This document shows positions 32,188-42,400 of a DNA stretch of 64,000 bases, piece after piece. The stretch spans positions 160,001 through 224,000 of the forward strand of contig CAVSQW010000008.1 in the NCBI GenBank assembly GCA_963730185.1. Reading direction: 5' to 3'. How positions within the stretch are numbered: the stretch's first letter is position 1; each line of letters begins with the position of its first letter. The DNA comes from an uncultured Gemmatimonadales bacterium. GTDB lineage: Bacteria > Gemmatimonadota > Gemmatimonadetes > Gemmatimonadales > GWC2-71-9. The notes beneath the pieces were generated by a model. That model searched no databases and was not told the DNA's origin. It saw only the letters and a list, made by a program, of their open reading frames with translations. Position numbers and translations under genes: made by a program.

Positions 32188-33483
32188 GTGAGCTTTTTCG
32201 CCCTGGTGAGCCTGCTGATCGCCCTGGCCGCCGTCTCCAGCTACATCAACGACCGGTTCATCAAGCTCCCCACGACAGTCGGCGTCATGCTGGTGTCCCT
32301 GTTGGGGTCGCTCACCCTGGTGCTGGTGGGCCCCTTGGCCGGAGGATTCCGGGAACGGGCGGTGACGCTGGTCGGCAGCATCGACTTCAACCAGGTCGTG
32401 CTGCACGGCATGCTGGCCTTCCTGATCTTTGCCGGCGCCATCCACGTGAAGCTCGAGGCGCTGGGGCGGGAATGGGCGGCCGTCTCCTTGCTTGCCGTGG
32501 TTGGGACGCTCACCTCCACGTTCATCGTTGGTGGGGCGACCTGGGTGGTGCTCGGCTGGCTGGGCCTGGACGTCCCGTTCCTGCAGGCGCTCCTCTTTGG
32601 CGCCCTGATCTCGCCCACCGACCCGATCGCGGTGCTGGCCATCATGAGATCGGTGGGCGTGGCCCGGCAGCTCGAGGTGCAGGCGGCCGGCGAGTCGCTG
32701 TTCAACGATGGTCTGGGCGTCGTGGTGTTCGTGTTGATTCTGGATCTCGCCGGGCTGGGCCAAAGCGCGGGTCACGGCGGCTCGGCGGCGCTCACCCTGA
32801 GCGTCGGGCGGGTGGCGGCGCTGCTCCTTACCGAGCTGGGTGGGGCCCTGCTGCTCGGGTTGGCCGCGGGGGTCCTCGCCTATCAGATGCTCCGACGGGT
32901 CGACAACTATCAGGTCGAGGTGCTGCTGACGCTGGCGCTGGCCATGGGCGTCTACGCCCTCGCGGACGGGTTGGGACTGTCGGCCCCGATTGCCGTCGTG
33001 GTCGCGGGACTGCTGGTGGGCAACCGGGGCCGGCTGTTCGCCATGAGCGACAAGACCCGGGAGCACGTCGACACCTTCTGGGAGCTGGTCGACGAGATCG
33101 TCAACGTGGTCCTCTTCCTCCTGATCGGGCTGGAGTTGCTGGTGCTCCCGATCGAGGGGAGGTGGTTGGTGGCGGGGGGGCTCGCGATCCCGATCGTGGT
33201 CGGGGCGCGGTGGCTCAGCGTCGCGGGCATCATCGGCCCGCTCCGCCGGATCCGCCCCCAGTCGAAGGGAGCCATTCGGATTCTCACCTGGGGCGGGCTG
33301 CGGGGCGGCATCTCGGTGGCCATGGCGCTCTCCGTGCCGCCCAACCCGTCCCGGAGTCTGGTCCTGACCCTCACCTACGTCGTCGTGGTGTTTTCGATCC
33401 TGGTTCAGGGGGTGACCATGCGCCAGGTGATCCGGCTGAGTGGCGGGTCAGAGGCACCCTCTCAGGATCCGTCCACTGCGTGA
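32188..33483 (+). CDS. nhaP: NhaP-type Na+/H+ antiporter (CPA1)
   Basis: PTDPIAV, GESLFNDG, WGGLRG motifs; about 12 TM segments. Confidence 0.92.
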   Translation: MSFFALVSLLIALAAVSSYINDRFIKLPTTVGVMLVSLLGSLTLVLVGPLAGGFRERAVTLVGSIDFNQVVLHGMLAFLIFAGAIHVKLEALGREWAAVSLLAVVGTLTSTFIVGGATWVVLGWLGLDVPFLQALLFGALISPTDPIAVLAIMRSVGVARQLEVQAAGESLFNDGLGVVVFVLILDLAGLGQSAGHGGSAALTLSVGRVAALLLTELGGALLLGLAAGVLAYQMLRRVDNYQVEVLLTLALAMGVYALADGLGLSAPIAVVVAGLLVGNRGRLFAMSDKTREHVDTFWELVDEIVNVVLFLLIGLELLVLPIEGRWLVAGGLAIPIVVGARWLSVAGIIGPLRRIRPQSKGAIRILTWGGLRGGISVAMALSVPPNPSRSLVLTLTYVVVVFSILVQGVTMRQVIRLSGGSEAPSQDPSTA

Positions 33484-33585
33484 TGACCCGGTCCCGCGGG
33501 CGGGCCACCGCCGAACCCGGCGCGCCCGCGGCCGGGGTGTGCCCGCCCAGCCGGGTACAAGGCTCCCTCTCGAGCCGGCTCCGGA

Positions 33586-33735
33586 TCAGCTGACCTGGCG
33601 CCGTTGGAAGAAGTGCCACACGATCGAGATGAGCGCCACCACCAGGAGGAGATGGATGAGCCCTCCCGCCACGTGAAACATGCCGAACCCGAGTACCCAA
33701 CCCACGATGAGAATGACCGCCAAAGCGAGCAACAT
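33586..33735 (-). CDS. lmo0937/DUF5670 family small membrane protein
   Basis: Manual translation MLLALAVILIVGWVLGFGMFHVAGGLIHLLLVVALISIVWHFFQRRQVS; AAGGA RBS. Confidence 0.85.
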   Translation of the reverse strand: MLLALAVILIVGWVLGFGMFHVAGGLIHLLLVVALISIVWHFFQRRQVS

Positions 33736-33762
33736 TGCTAGATCCTTTCGGAGGGAGTCTGA

Positions 33763-34299
33763 TCACCGCGTCGGCGGCGCGAGATTGCCGCAGGCGACGA
33801 TGGTCTCGGGATTGGCCTCCGACGCGCGGATGACGACGAAGAAGTCGCCGGTGCGGGGGGTCTGCATTTCCACCGTGGCCGTCCCGGTGGCGTGACCGTC
33901 GGACTCGACCTGGAGCGGCTGGTAGGCCTCACTCGGTCCAAAGACGCCGCGGTCCATCCCGTCCCCGCACTGGCCATAGTGCGCTTCCCAGGGATGGAGG
34001 CCGCCCGGTGACGCGTTGGCCAGGCTCAGGGCGATGTCGGTGCTGGTGCCATCCGGGCTCGGCGCCATCGATGCCGAGCCGTTCATCTGCACGACGCCCG
34101 CGAGACTCGCGGGGGAGGCCAGATTGGCGTGCCAGCGGCTGTTGAGGGTGAGGTCCTGGGTGCTGACCTCGACAGCCGGGTTATGGTGAAACGGGTTGCA
34201 TCCCGCCAACGCCAGCGTGGCGATGGTCCCGGCCACGGCCCGGCGTATAGAGGTTCCCCGCCGGGCCGGGAGACCGGGGTGTCGATCGGTGGATTGCAT
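33763..34299 (-). CDS. Lipoprotein with CHRD/Cu-Zn SOD-like beta domain
   Basis: Lipobox LAGC; HPW.AH.G.CG ... VACGNL. Confidence 0.6.
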   Translation of the reverse strand: MQSTDRHPGLPARRGTSIRRAVAGTIATLALAGCNPFHHNPAVEVSTQDLTLNSRWHANLASPASLAGVVQMNGSASMAPSPDGTSTDIALSLANASPGGLHPWEAHYGQCGDGMDRGVFGPSEAYQPLQVESDGHATGTATVEMQTPRTGDFFVVIRASEANPETIVACGNLAPPTR

Positions 34300-34383
34300 G
34301 AGAGTCGTCTCTTCCGAAAAGCGCGCCAGTGCGGTTGCCGAGCCTCGACGTCCCACTGGCCGTGAGCGGCGAGCCGAACGTGA

Positions 34384-34451
34384 ATGGTAGCCTGCCGCCC
34401 CATTCGGTTGAATCGCTCGTTGGGCTGGATTGGGCTCGCTCGGAAGGACTA
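34384..34451 (-). promoter_or_regulatory. Regulon box(es) plus -10 upstream of the CHRD-like lipoprotein
   Basis: Minus strand CCAGCCCAACGAGCGA (34428-34413), 23 bp, TACCAT; second half-site at 34436. Confidence 0.65.
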
Positions 34452-34509
34452 CCGGACGGGTCCCCGTCCGCCGGCGGGTGCGACTACGGCGTGCCCCCCA
34501 CGACCCGCT

Positions 34510-34827
34510 TCACCCGCTGACCGGGTCGAACCTGGTCGGTCGGGTCGATCCGTTGATGAGCTCGCCGGCCTCCGCCGGCCGTAGGCGATAGCCTGGAGCT
34601 TTCACGACCAGGTGAGTCGGACGGTCCGGGGCCGGCTCGAACGCCGGATCCGTGCCGGTGAACCAGCGCACGGCCTGCTCGACGATGGGCCGGTCGGCGG
34701 TCGGGATCAGCGCTTGGATCGGCGCCTTCCAGTCCCGAGAGTCTCTGACCCGGTCGAAGGCCGAGGCCAACTGATCCATGCGATACCCGGTCGAGCCTTT
34801 GGGATCATACTCCACCGATGCCCCCAT
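34510..34827 (-). CDS. Hypothetical protein
   Basis: GGAGG RBS, regulon promoter upstream, globular 105 aa. Confidence 0.6.
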   Translation of the reverse strand: MGASVEYDPKGSTGYRMDQLASAFDRVRDSRDWKAPIQALIPTADRPIVEQAVRWFTGTDPAFEPAPDRPTHLVVKAPGYRLRPAEAGELINGSTRPTRFDPVSG

Positions 34828-34874
34828 TGCCGCGCCTCCAGCTCGGACACGATTCTCGCTTCCCCCGACCTGCG

Positions 34875-34919
34875 AAATTAGGGGCGGCGTCGGCGGCAGC
34901 CAATCGATCGATCGAGTGA
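34875..34919 (-). promoter_or_regulatory. Regulon box plus -10
   Basis: Minus strand TCACTCGATCGATCGA (34919-34904), 23 bp, TAATTT. Confidence 0.65.
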
Positions 34920-34971
34920 GTTTGGAGCTAGTTCCGGGAGGAGTGCCGAGAAGGCGGGCCGTCGACGGGGG

Positions 34972-35679
34972 TTAGGATTCCCTCCGCCCATGGGAAAAGG
35001 CGGCCACCTCGAGGCGACTGTGGAGCGCCAGCTTTTCGAGCACGTTGTGGACGTGACTCTTGACGGTGTGGACCGCGATATGCATCCGCTTCGCGATCTC
35101 CTTGTTGCTCAGCCCCTCGGCCAGCAGGTCGACGACCTGCCGTTCCCGAGCGGTCAGCCGGTTGGCCTCGGCTAAGGATGTCTTGAGGGCGGGGAGATTT
35201 CGAGTGATCTGGGCGAAGAGCGAATTGGTGAGCGCCTGGGGCAGGACCTCGCCGCCGGCCGCCACGATCCGGATGGTCTCGATGAAGCCTTCGAAGGATG
35301 CATCCTTCATGACGAACCCGGAGGCCCCCGCCCGGACGTAGTCGGCGACGTCTTCCTGCATGGGCATCAGCCCCATGACGATGATCCTGGCGTCGGGAAC
35401 CTCGCCGTGGATCGTCGCCGTCAGACCCAGGCTGTCATGGTTCTCGAGACCGAAATCCAGGAGCACGACGTCCGGTTTGGACTCCCGGACCTTCTCGAGC
35501 GCTTCGTCGACGTCGGCCGAGGCCGCCAGCACCGTGAAGCCCGGCTGGGTGCGGATCAAGGCCGTGATGCCTTCCCGGAGGAGCCGATTGTCGTCGATCA
35601 GAACCAGCGCAATCGGCCGGACCTGGTCGACCTGCTTCGGCTTGGCCGAAGTCCCCGGACGCTTCGCCTTCCGGGTCAT
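34972..35679 (-). CDS. NarL/LuxR family response regulator (paralog of 14850..15530)
   Basis: REC plus LTARERQV...GLSNKEIA...IAVHTVKSHVHNVLEKL. Confidence 0.93.
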   Translation of the reverse strand: MTRKAKRPGTSAKPKQVDQVRPIALVLIDDNRLLREGITALIRTQPGFTVLAASADVDEALEKVRESKPDVVLLDFGLENHDSLGLTATIHGEVPDARIIVMGLMPMQEDVADYVRAGASGFVMKDASFEGFIETIRIVAAGGEVLPQALTNSLFAQITRNLPALKTSLAEANRLTARERQVVDLLAEGLSNKEIAKRMHIAVHTVKSHVHNVLEKLALHSRLEVAAFSHGRRES

Positions 35680-35931
35680 GCCGCGATGGCCCGAACGCCG
35701 TTGGCGGCGGGGTCGATGGGAGGTGGGAGAGCCGGCGTCGAACGTCGAATCATTGGGCGCATCCTCAAGAGGGCGAGCCGGAGGCGTCCATCGCAACCAC
35801 CGCGTCTAACTCCAGGTCGGTAGGAACTGCTCGATTTTGCAATAGGTTCTTCGACGCTCTGAGCATATATTCCAGGAGTATGTACCGCAAGGCTCGATCC
35901 TAGGGTCACGCGGTCGAGTGAAGGCCTCCCG

Positions 35932-36162
35932 ATGGTACGGCTCCGGATCCACGAGATCATGAAGGCGCGAAGGATCTCCGCCTACGCGCTGAGCCAGGCG
36001 ACGACGCTCAGCTACCCCTCCGCCTACCGCCTGTCGCGCGCCGGTGGTGCGTTTGGCCGGCTGCACGCTGAAACGCTCGACGCCCTCTGTGGCTTCTTCC
36101 GCGCGCAGCCCGGCGAGCTGCTCGAGTGGGTTCCCTCGCCCAACGGCGGACGGTCACGGTGA
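35932..36162 (+). CDS. Cro/C1-type HTH regulator
   Basis: LRIHEIM..R.IS.Y.LS..T.LS ... TLD.LC.FF..QPGELLEW. Confidence 0.85.
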   Translation: MVRLRIHEIMKARRISAYALSQATTLSYPSAYRLSRAGGAFGRLHAETLDALCGFFRAQPGELLEWVPSPNGGRSR

Positions 36163-36197
36163 GCCCCTCCGAGGCGCCGGGCCCGAGGGCGAATCCA

Positions 36198-36458
36198 ATG
36201 CAGCCGCTTCATTGTGGCACCTGCGGCGGGGTCATTGGGGATTCGCCCAACGTCTCGTATCGGCTGCCCCGCTCCGGCGAGGCCGACCCGCCCCCTTCGG
36301 GGAAGCCGTGTCGCTGCGTCACCCCGATCGTCTACGGTCCACCGGCAGGCTTTGCCTCGATTCCGAGCATGCGGAGCCAGCCGCGCCCGTTGGACGGCGC
36401 TCCGCGACCCGGGTCGACCGGACCCCAGCCGACCTGGAGAGATCGGACCGGGCGCTAG
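36198..36458 (+). CDS. Small Cys-containing hypothetical protein
   Basis: CGTC and CRC motifs; fills the gap between the HTH gene and cgs. Confidence 0.4.
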   Translation: MQPLHCGTCGGVIGDSPNVSYRLPRSGEADPPPSGKPCRCVTPIVYGPPAGFASIPSMRSQPRPLDGAPRPGSTGPQPTWRDRTGR

Positions 36459-39400
36459 TTGCGGTTGGGTCTGCTGTCGCGCCTGTTCACGCGGTCGTCC
36501 CACCCTCGCGAGGAAATTGCCGGCCCGATTCGCGGTGAGCTCCTGGGTGCCGAGCATCTCGGCGACCGGGCCCGGGCCCTGGCGAGCACGGAGCGCCTGG
36601 CGCCGCCCGGCGCCTCCCGGCGACGGATCCCGCTGCTCCGACGGCTCGACCAGACCCGCCGCATCCTGGACCGGGCGTACGCCCGGCTGACCGCCAGTGC
36701 CGCGCTCGGCGGTGACGTCAGCCCCGCCGGGGACTGGCTGCTCGACAACTTCCACGTCATCGAAGATCACATCCGCGAGGTGCGCGCCAGCCTTCCGCCG
36801 GGCTACTACCGGGAGTTGCCGGAGCTGAGCCGGGGGCCGCTGGCGGGGTATCCCCGCGTCTACGAGCTGGCGATTACCCTGATCTCCCACACCGAGGGAC
36901 GAATCGACCTCGAGAACGTGACCCGGTTCGTGGGCGAGTTCCAGCGGGTCGCGCCGTTATCGATGGGTGAGCTTTGGGCGGTGCCCGCGATGTTGCGCCT
37001 CGGCTTGATCGAGAGCGTTCGGCGGATGGCGCTCAGGGTGGTGGGGCGGTTGGACGAAGCGGGACTCGCCCAGCTCTGGGCGGCCCGCTTTCGGACCGGC
37101 CGGGCGGCCGACGGGGGTTCTCCCGGGCCGGTCGTCGCCGCGTTCGGCCGGGACCACCCGCCCCTCACCCCGACCTTCGTGAGCCGGCTGCTCCAGCTGC
37201 TCCATGCCGACTCGGGCGACGTGCCCGGCCTCGACTGGCTCGAACAGTGGTTGGCTCTGGAGGGGCTCACCGCCGAGAGCGCGGCGGCCCAGGCGATTCA
37301 GCGCCTGGCGCTCACCCAGCAGATGATGACCAACAGCATCACCAGTCTCCGGGCGGTGGCCCGCATGGACTGGCGCACCTTCGTGGAGGGCCAAAGCCGG
37401 ACCGAGGCCGCCCTCCGGACCGACCCGTCCGGATCCTATGCCCGGATGACGTTTGCGACCCGGGACTGGTATCGACACGTCGTCGAGCGGATCGCCAAGC
37501 GAAGCGGATCGGCCGAGGACGCCGTCGCCCGGGCCGCGGTCGATCTCGCCCGGGCCGCCTTCGCCGCCGCCCCCGATAGCCGTCGGGCCCACGTCGGCTA
37601 CTACCTGGTAGACGAGGGTCTGGCGACGCTGGAAGCCTCGGTCGGGTATCGGTCGACGCCGGGCGAGGCCATTGCCCGGTTGGTCCGCCGTCATCCGAAC
37701 GGGTTGTTCGTGGGCGGCGTGGTGGCCGGGACCGGGCTGGCCGTCGTCGCCCTGTTCGGCCTGGCGGGCGTCGGTGCCCGTCCAGCGGCCCTGCTGGTCG
37801 TCGTCTTCGCGCTCCTCCCGGCCAACGACATTGCGGTCCGGGTGATGAACCAGCTGATCACGGCGATCCTGCCGCCCCGGATGCTGCCGAAGCTCGACCT
37901 GCATGAAGCCGGGGTGCCACCGGAGCTTCGGACCGCCGTCGTCATTCCCACCCTGCTCCCCGACCTCGATGCGGTCCAGGAGGCATTGGAAACGCTCGAA
38001 GTCCGCTTCCTCGCCAACCACGAAGCGCACCTCCACTTCGCGCTCCTGAGCGATTTCACCGACTCGGCGACCGAGACCCGGGCCGACGACGCGGCGATCG
38101 TGGCCGCGGCCCGGGACGGCGTAAGGCCCTGAACGCCCGCTACGCGCCCGAGACCGACGACGCCTTCTACCTGTTCCATCGCCCCCGGCGGTGGAACCCC
38201 AGGGAGGGGGTGTGGATGGGCTGGGAGCGGAAGCGAGGAAAGCTGGCGGAGTTCAACCGCTTCGTCCGCGGGGCCGCCCAGGAGGCATTCTCGGTCGTGG
38301 TCGGCAACGTCGCGGCCCTTCGCGGCCTCCGGTACGTCATCACCCTCGACGCCGACACGGTGCTGCCGCCCGATGCCGCCCCCGACCTGATCGGCGCGAT
38401 CGCCCATCCGCTCAACCGGGCCGAATTCGATCCGGCCCGGGGTCGGGTGGTCCGCGGCTACGGCATTCTGCAGCCCCGGGTCGGGGTCTCGCTGCCGAGC
38501 GCCTCGCGGTCGCGGTTTGCCGCGATCTTTTCGGGACGCCCGGGGGTGGATCCCTACACGACCGCCGTGTCGGACGTGTACCAGGATCTGTACGGCGAGG
38601 GGAGCTTCACCGGCAAAGGGATCTACGACCTCGACGCGTTCGAGGAGGCGACCCACGGTCGCTTCCCGGAGAATCGGCTCCTCTCCCACGATCTGATCGA
38701 AGGCAACTACGCCCGCACCGGACTGGTCACCGACGTCAACCTCTACGACGACTATCCGACCAGCTATGGCACCTATACCAGCCGAAGGCATCGCTGGATC
38801 CGGGGCGATTGGCAGCTCCTCCAGTGGCTGACGCCGACCGTACCGGGGCCGGACGGTCCGGAGCCGAATCGGCTGTCGGTGCTCTCTCGCTGGAAGATCC
38901 TGGACAATCTTCGCCGGAGCACGGTCGAGCTGGCCCAGCTCGCCCTGTTGGTCGCGGGCTGGACACTGCTCCCCGGCTCCCCGCTCCGGTGGACCCTCCT
39001 TGGCCTCGGCGCCATCGCCGCCCCGTGGGTCGTGGCTCAGCTGATCGCGGCGGTCCGGGTGCCGCTCCGCCAGTCGTGGCGAGCCTACCTCGGAGCGGTC
39101 GGGCTCGACGCGGTTCGGAGCGCGGCCCAGCTGGGGCTGGGCGTCGTCTTCCTCCCCCATCAGGCCTGGGTCTCGGCCGACGCGATCATCCGCACGCTCT
39201 GGCGGCTGGCCGTTTCCCGACGACACCTCCTGGAGTGGCAGAGCGCCTCGACGGCAGAGCGGGTTACGGCCTCCCGTCCCCGGGTCGGCTGGCGCTCCCT
39301 GGGACCGTCGCTGGCGATGGTGGCCGGCGTCGGCGCGCTGGTCGCGGTCCGGGGGGCCCGGTCCGCCGACCCCAAGCTCATGTGGGCGTTGGCGGCCTGC

Positions 39401-42400
39401 GCCGGCCCTCTGCTCGTGGCCTGGCTGTCGTCGCCCTTCGTGGCTGCCGCGCTCAGCGCGCCGGCGGTCCGGCCTGACCGCCGCCTGCCCGCGGCCGGCC
39501 GCCGCCAGATCCTCCGGTACGGGCTCCTTCATTGGCGCTTCTTCGAGCGGTTCGTCGGTCCGGAGACCAACTGGCTCGCACCCGACAACTTTCAGGAAGA
39601 CCCCGCGCCGGTCACGGCCATGCGGACCTCGCCCACCAACATCGGCCTGCAGCTGTTGGCGACGGTCAGTGCGCACGACCTCGGCTTCCTGACCCTGGAG
39701 GGCCTGATCGTCCGGCTGGAGCGGATCTTCGGTTCGCTCGAGCGGATGGCGCGGTTCCGAGGCCACTTCTACAACTGGTACGATCTCGCCGATCTCTCGG
39801 TGCTCCAGCCGGCGTACGTGTCGACGGTGGACAGCGGGAATCTCGCCGGTCACTTGATTGCCCTGCGGCAGGCCTGTCTGACCATACCGGACCAGCCGGC
39901 CGGACCGGGTCGAACGGTCCGGGCAGTGGCCGCCGGGCTCGGCCTCGCCGACACCCGTCTCGACGCACTCGCCCCGTCGGCGTCGACCCGGCCGGTGGCG
40001 GTCCGCCGTGCGCTGGCCGCGGCGGGCGCCGAGCTGGGCCGGGCGCGCCGGGCCTTGCGGTCGGCCGGGGATGACGCGGAGGCCCGGGCGCTGCTGGCCG
40101 GCCTGGAGGCCCCGCTCAGAGCGGTGCTGGCGCTGATCGGCGACGCCCGCCTCTCGGTCGAGGAAGCGGAGCCGGCCCGAGAATGGATCGCCTGGAGCCT
40201 CGAGATCGTGGCGGAGGCGGTGCACTCGGGAGAAGCCCCCCCGAGCTCGCTGCGGGACCGGTCAGCGGGGTCGGAGGCCGCGCGGAATCTGGTCGCCCGC
40301 CTCGAGGCGATCGCCCGCCGCGCCTACCGGTACGCGATGGAGATGGAATTTGGATTCCTGCTCGATCCGGAACGCAAGCTCCTCGCGATCGGCTACCAAC
40401 TGGCCAGCCACTCGCTCGACCCGTCGTCCTACGATCTGCTCGCGTCCGAGGCCCGGCTGGCGAGCTTCGTCGCGATCGCGAAGAACGACGTGCCGGTCGA
40501 CCACTGGTTCCGGCTCGGCCGGACGCTCACCTATGCGGCGGGCGGCCCGGCGATGGTGTCGTGGAGCGGAAGCATGTTCGAGTACCTGATGCCCGCGCTG
40601 GTGATGCAGTCCTTCCCGTTTACGCTGCTGGATCAGACCCATCGGGGGGCGGTCCGCCGCCAGATCGCCTACGGCGCGGCCAGGGGCGTGCCGTGGGGCA
40701 TGAGCGAGAGCGCCTACAACGTGCGCGATCGGCACGGCACCTACCAGTACCGGGCCTTCGGTGTTCCCGATCTCGCGCTCAAGCGAGGCCTCGACCGCGA
40801 CCTGGTGGTCGCTCCATACGCTTCGGCGCTGGCGGCGCTGGTCGACCCGGAAAAGGCCCTCCGTAACCTGACCGCGATCGAGCGGCTCTCCACCCTGGGG
40901 CCGTTCGGGTTTCACGACGCCCTCGACTACACCCGCCCCGAACCGGAGTCGGATCGTGCCGTGGTGCGTAACTACATGGCGCATCACATCGGGATGAGCC
41001 TGGTGGCATTCACCAACGTGCTGACCGCGCAGGTCTGGCAACGCCGGTTTCACGCGGATCCCTTGGTCCGGTCGGTGGAGCTCCTTCTCCACGAGCGAAT
41101 TCCCCGGCGGTTGATCCTCCGCCCGGCCCGGGCATCGACGATCGGGGAGGGCCGCGCCGAGATGCCCTTCGACGGCCCCGCGGTGCGGGAGCTGGAGACG
41201 CCCGATTGTGCCGAGCCCCAGGTGGCCCTCCTCGGGCGCCCGCCGTTCACCCTGATGGTGAGTCATTGCGGAGGTGGGTACAGTCGGTACCAGCACCTTG
41301 CCATCGCGCGATGGCGCTCCGACGGAACCCGGGATGACACCGGGCAGTTCTGCTACGTCAAGGATCTGAGCCGGGGCCGGGTCTGGTCGGCGAGCCATCA
41401 GCCGGTCTGCGCGCCCGCCGACTGGTACCGGGCCACCCTGGCGGCCGACCGGGTGACCTTTCATCGCGCCGACGGTGATATCGAAACCCGGACCGAGATC
41501 GCCGTGGTGCCCGACGAGTCGGCCGAGGTGCGGCGGGTGACTCTCACGAACAACGGGACCCGGGCCCGCCAGCTCGAGCTGACCAGCTACGGTGAGATCG
41601 TGCTCGCGCCGCCGGACACGGACCGGGCCCACCCGGCCTTCAGCAACTTGTTCGTCGAGACCGAGTGGCACGCCTGGTGTACGGCGATCACCGCGATCCG
41701 GCGACCCCGGTCGCCGGACGATCCCGTGGTCTGGTGCGTTCACGTCGTCGATACCGGGAAGGGCAGGGTCGGGCCGGTCTCGTTCGAGACGGACCGGGGT
41801 CGGTTTCAGGGGCGGGGCCGGACGGCCCGCGATCCCGTAGCCTTGGAGGTCGACGGCGACCTGGCCGGCGCGACCGGCGCCGTATTGGACCCGATCTTCG
41901 CCCTCCGAACCCGGGTCGGCCTCGGTCCGGGCCAATCGGCGGCCGTGACCTATACTACGCTGATCGCCACCAGCCGCGAGCGGGCCTTCGAGCTGGCCGG
42001 CCGGTACCACGATCCCCACGCGGCGCAGCGGGCGCTCGACCTGGCGGCGACGTCGAGTCAGGTGGAGCTCCGCGAGTTGGGCCTCACCCCGGCCGACGCG
42101 ACGGTGTTCCAGGAGCTGGCCGGCCCGCTCATCTTCGGCAACCCGATGGCGCGGGCGCCCGAAGCCGAGCTCCGGCTGAACCGAGGCTCGCAACCCCAGC
42201 TCTGGGCCCACGGGATCTCGGGCGACTGGCCGATCGTGCTCGCCACCATCAGCGATAGTCAAGGCCTCCCGACCCTTCGCCAGGTCCTCGCCGCCCACCG
42301 GTACTGGCGTCGTCGCGGCATGGTGGTCGACCTGGTCGTGCTCAACGCGCACCCCACGACCTACCAGGCCGAGCTCGAGGCCGAGATCACCGCCACGGTC

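Noticed and set aside
33763..34299. Cu/Zn superoxide dismutase
   Set aside because: Only part of the His ligand set is visible; the resemblance is at fold level only.
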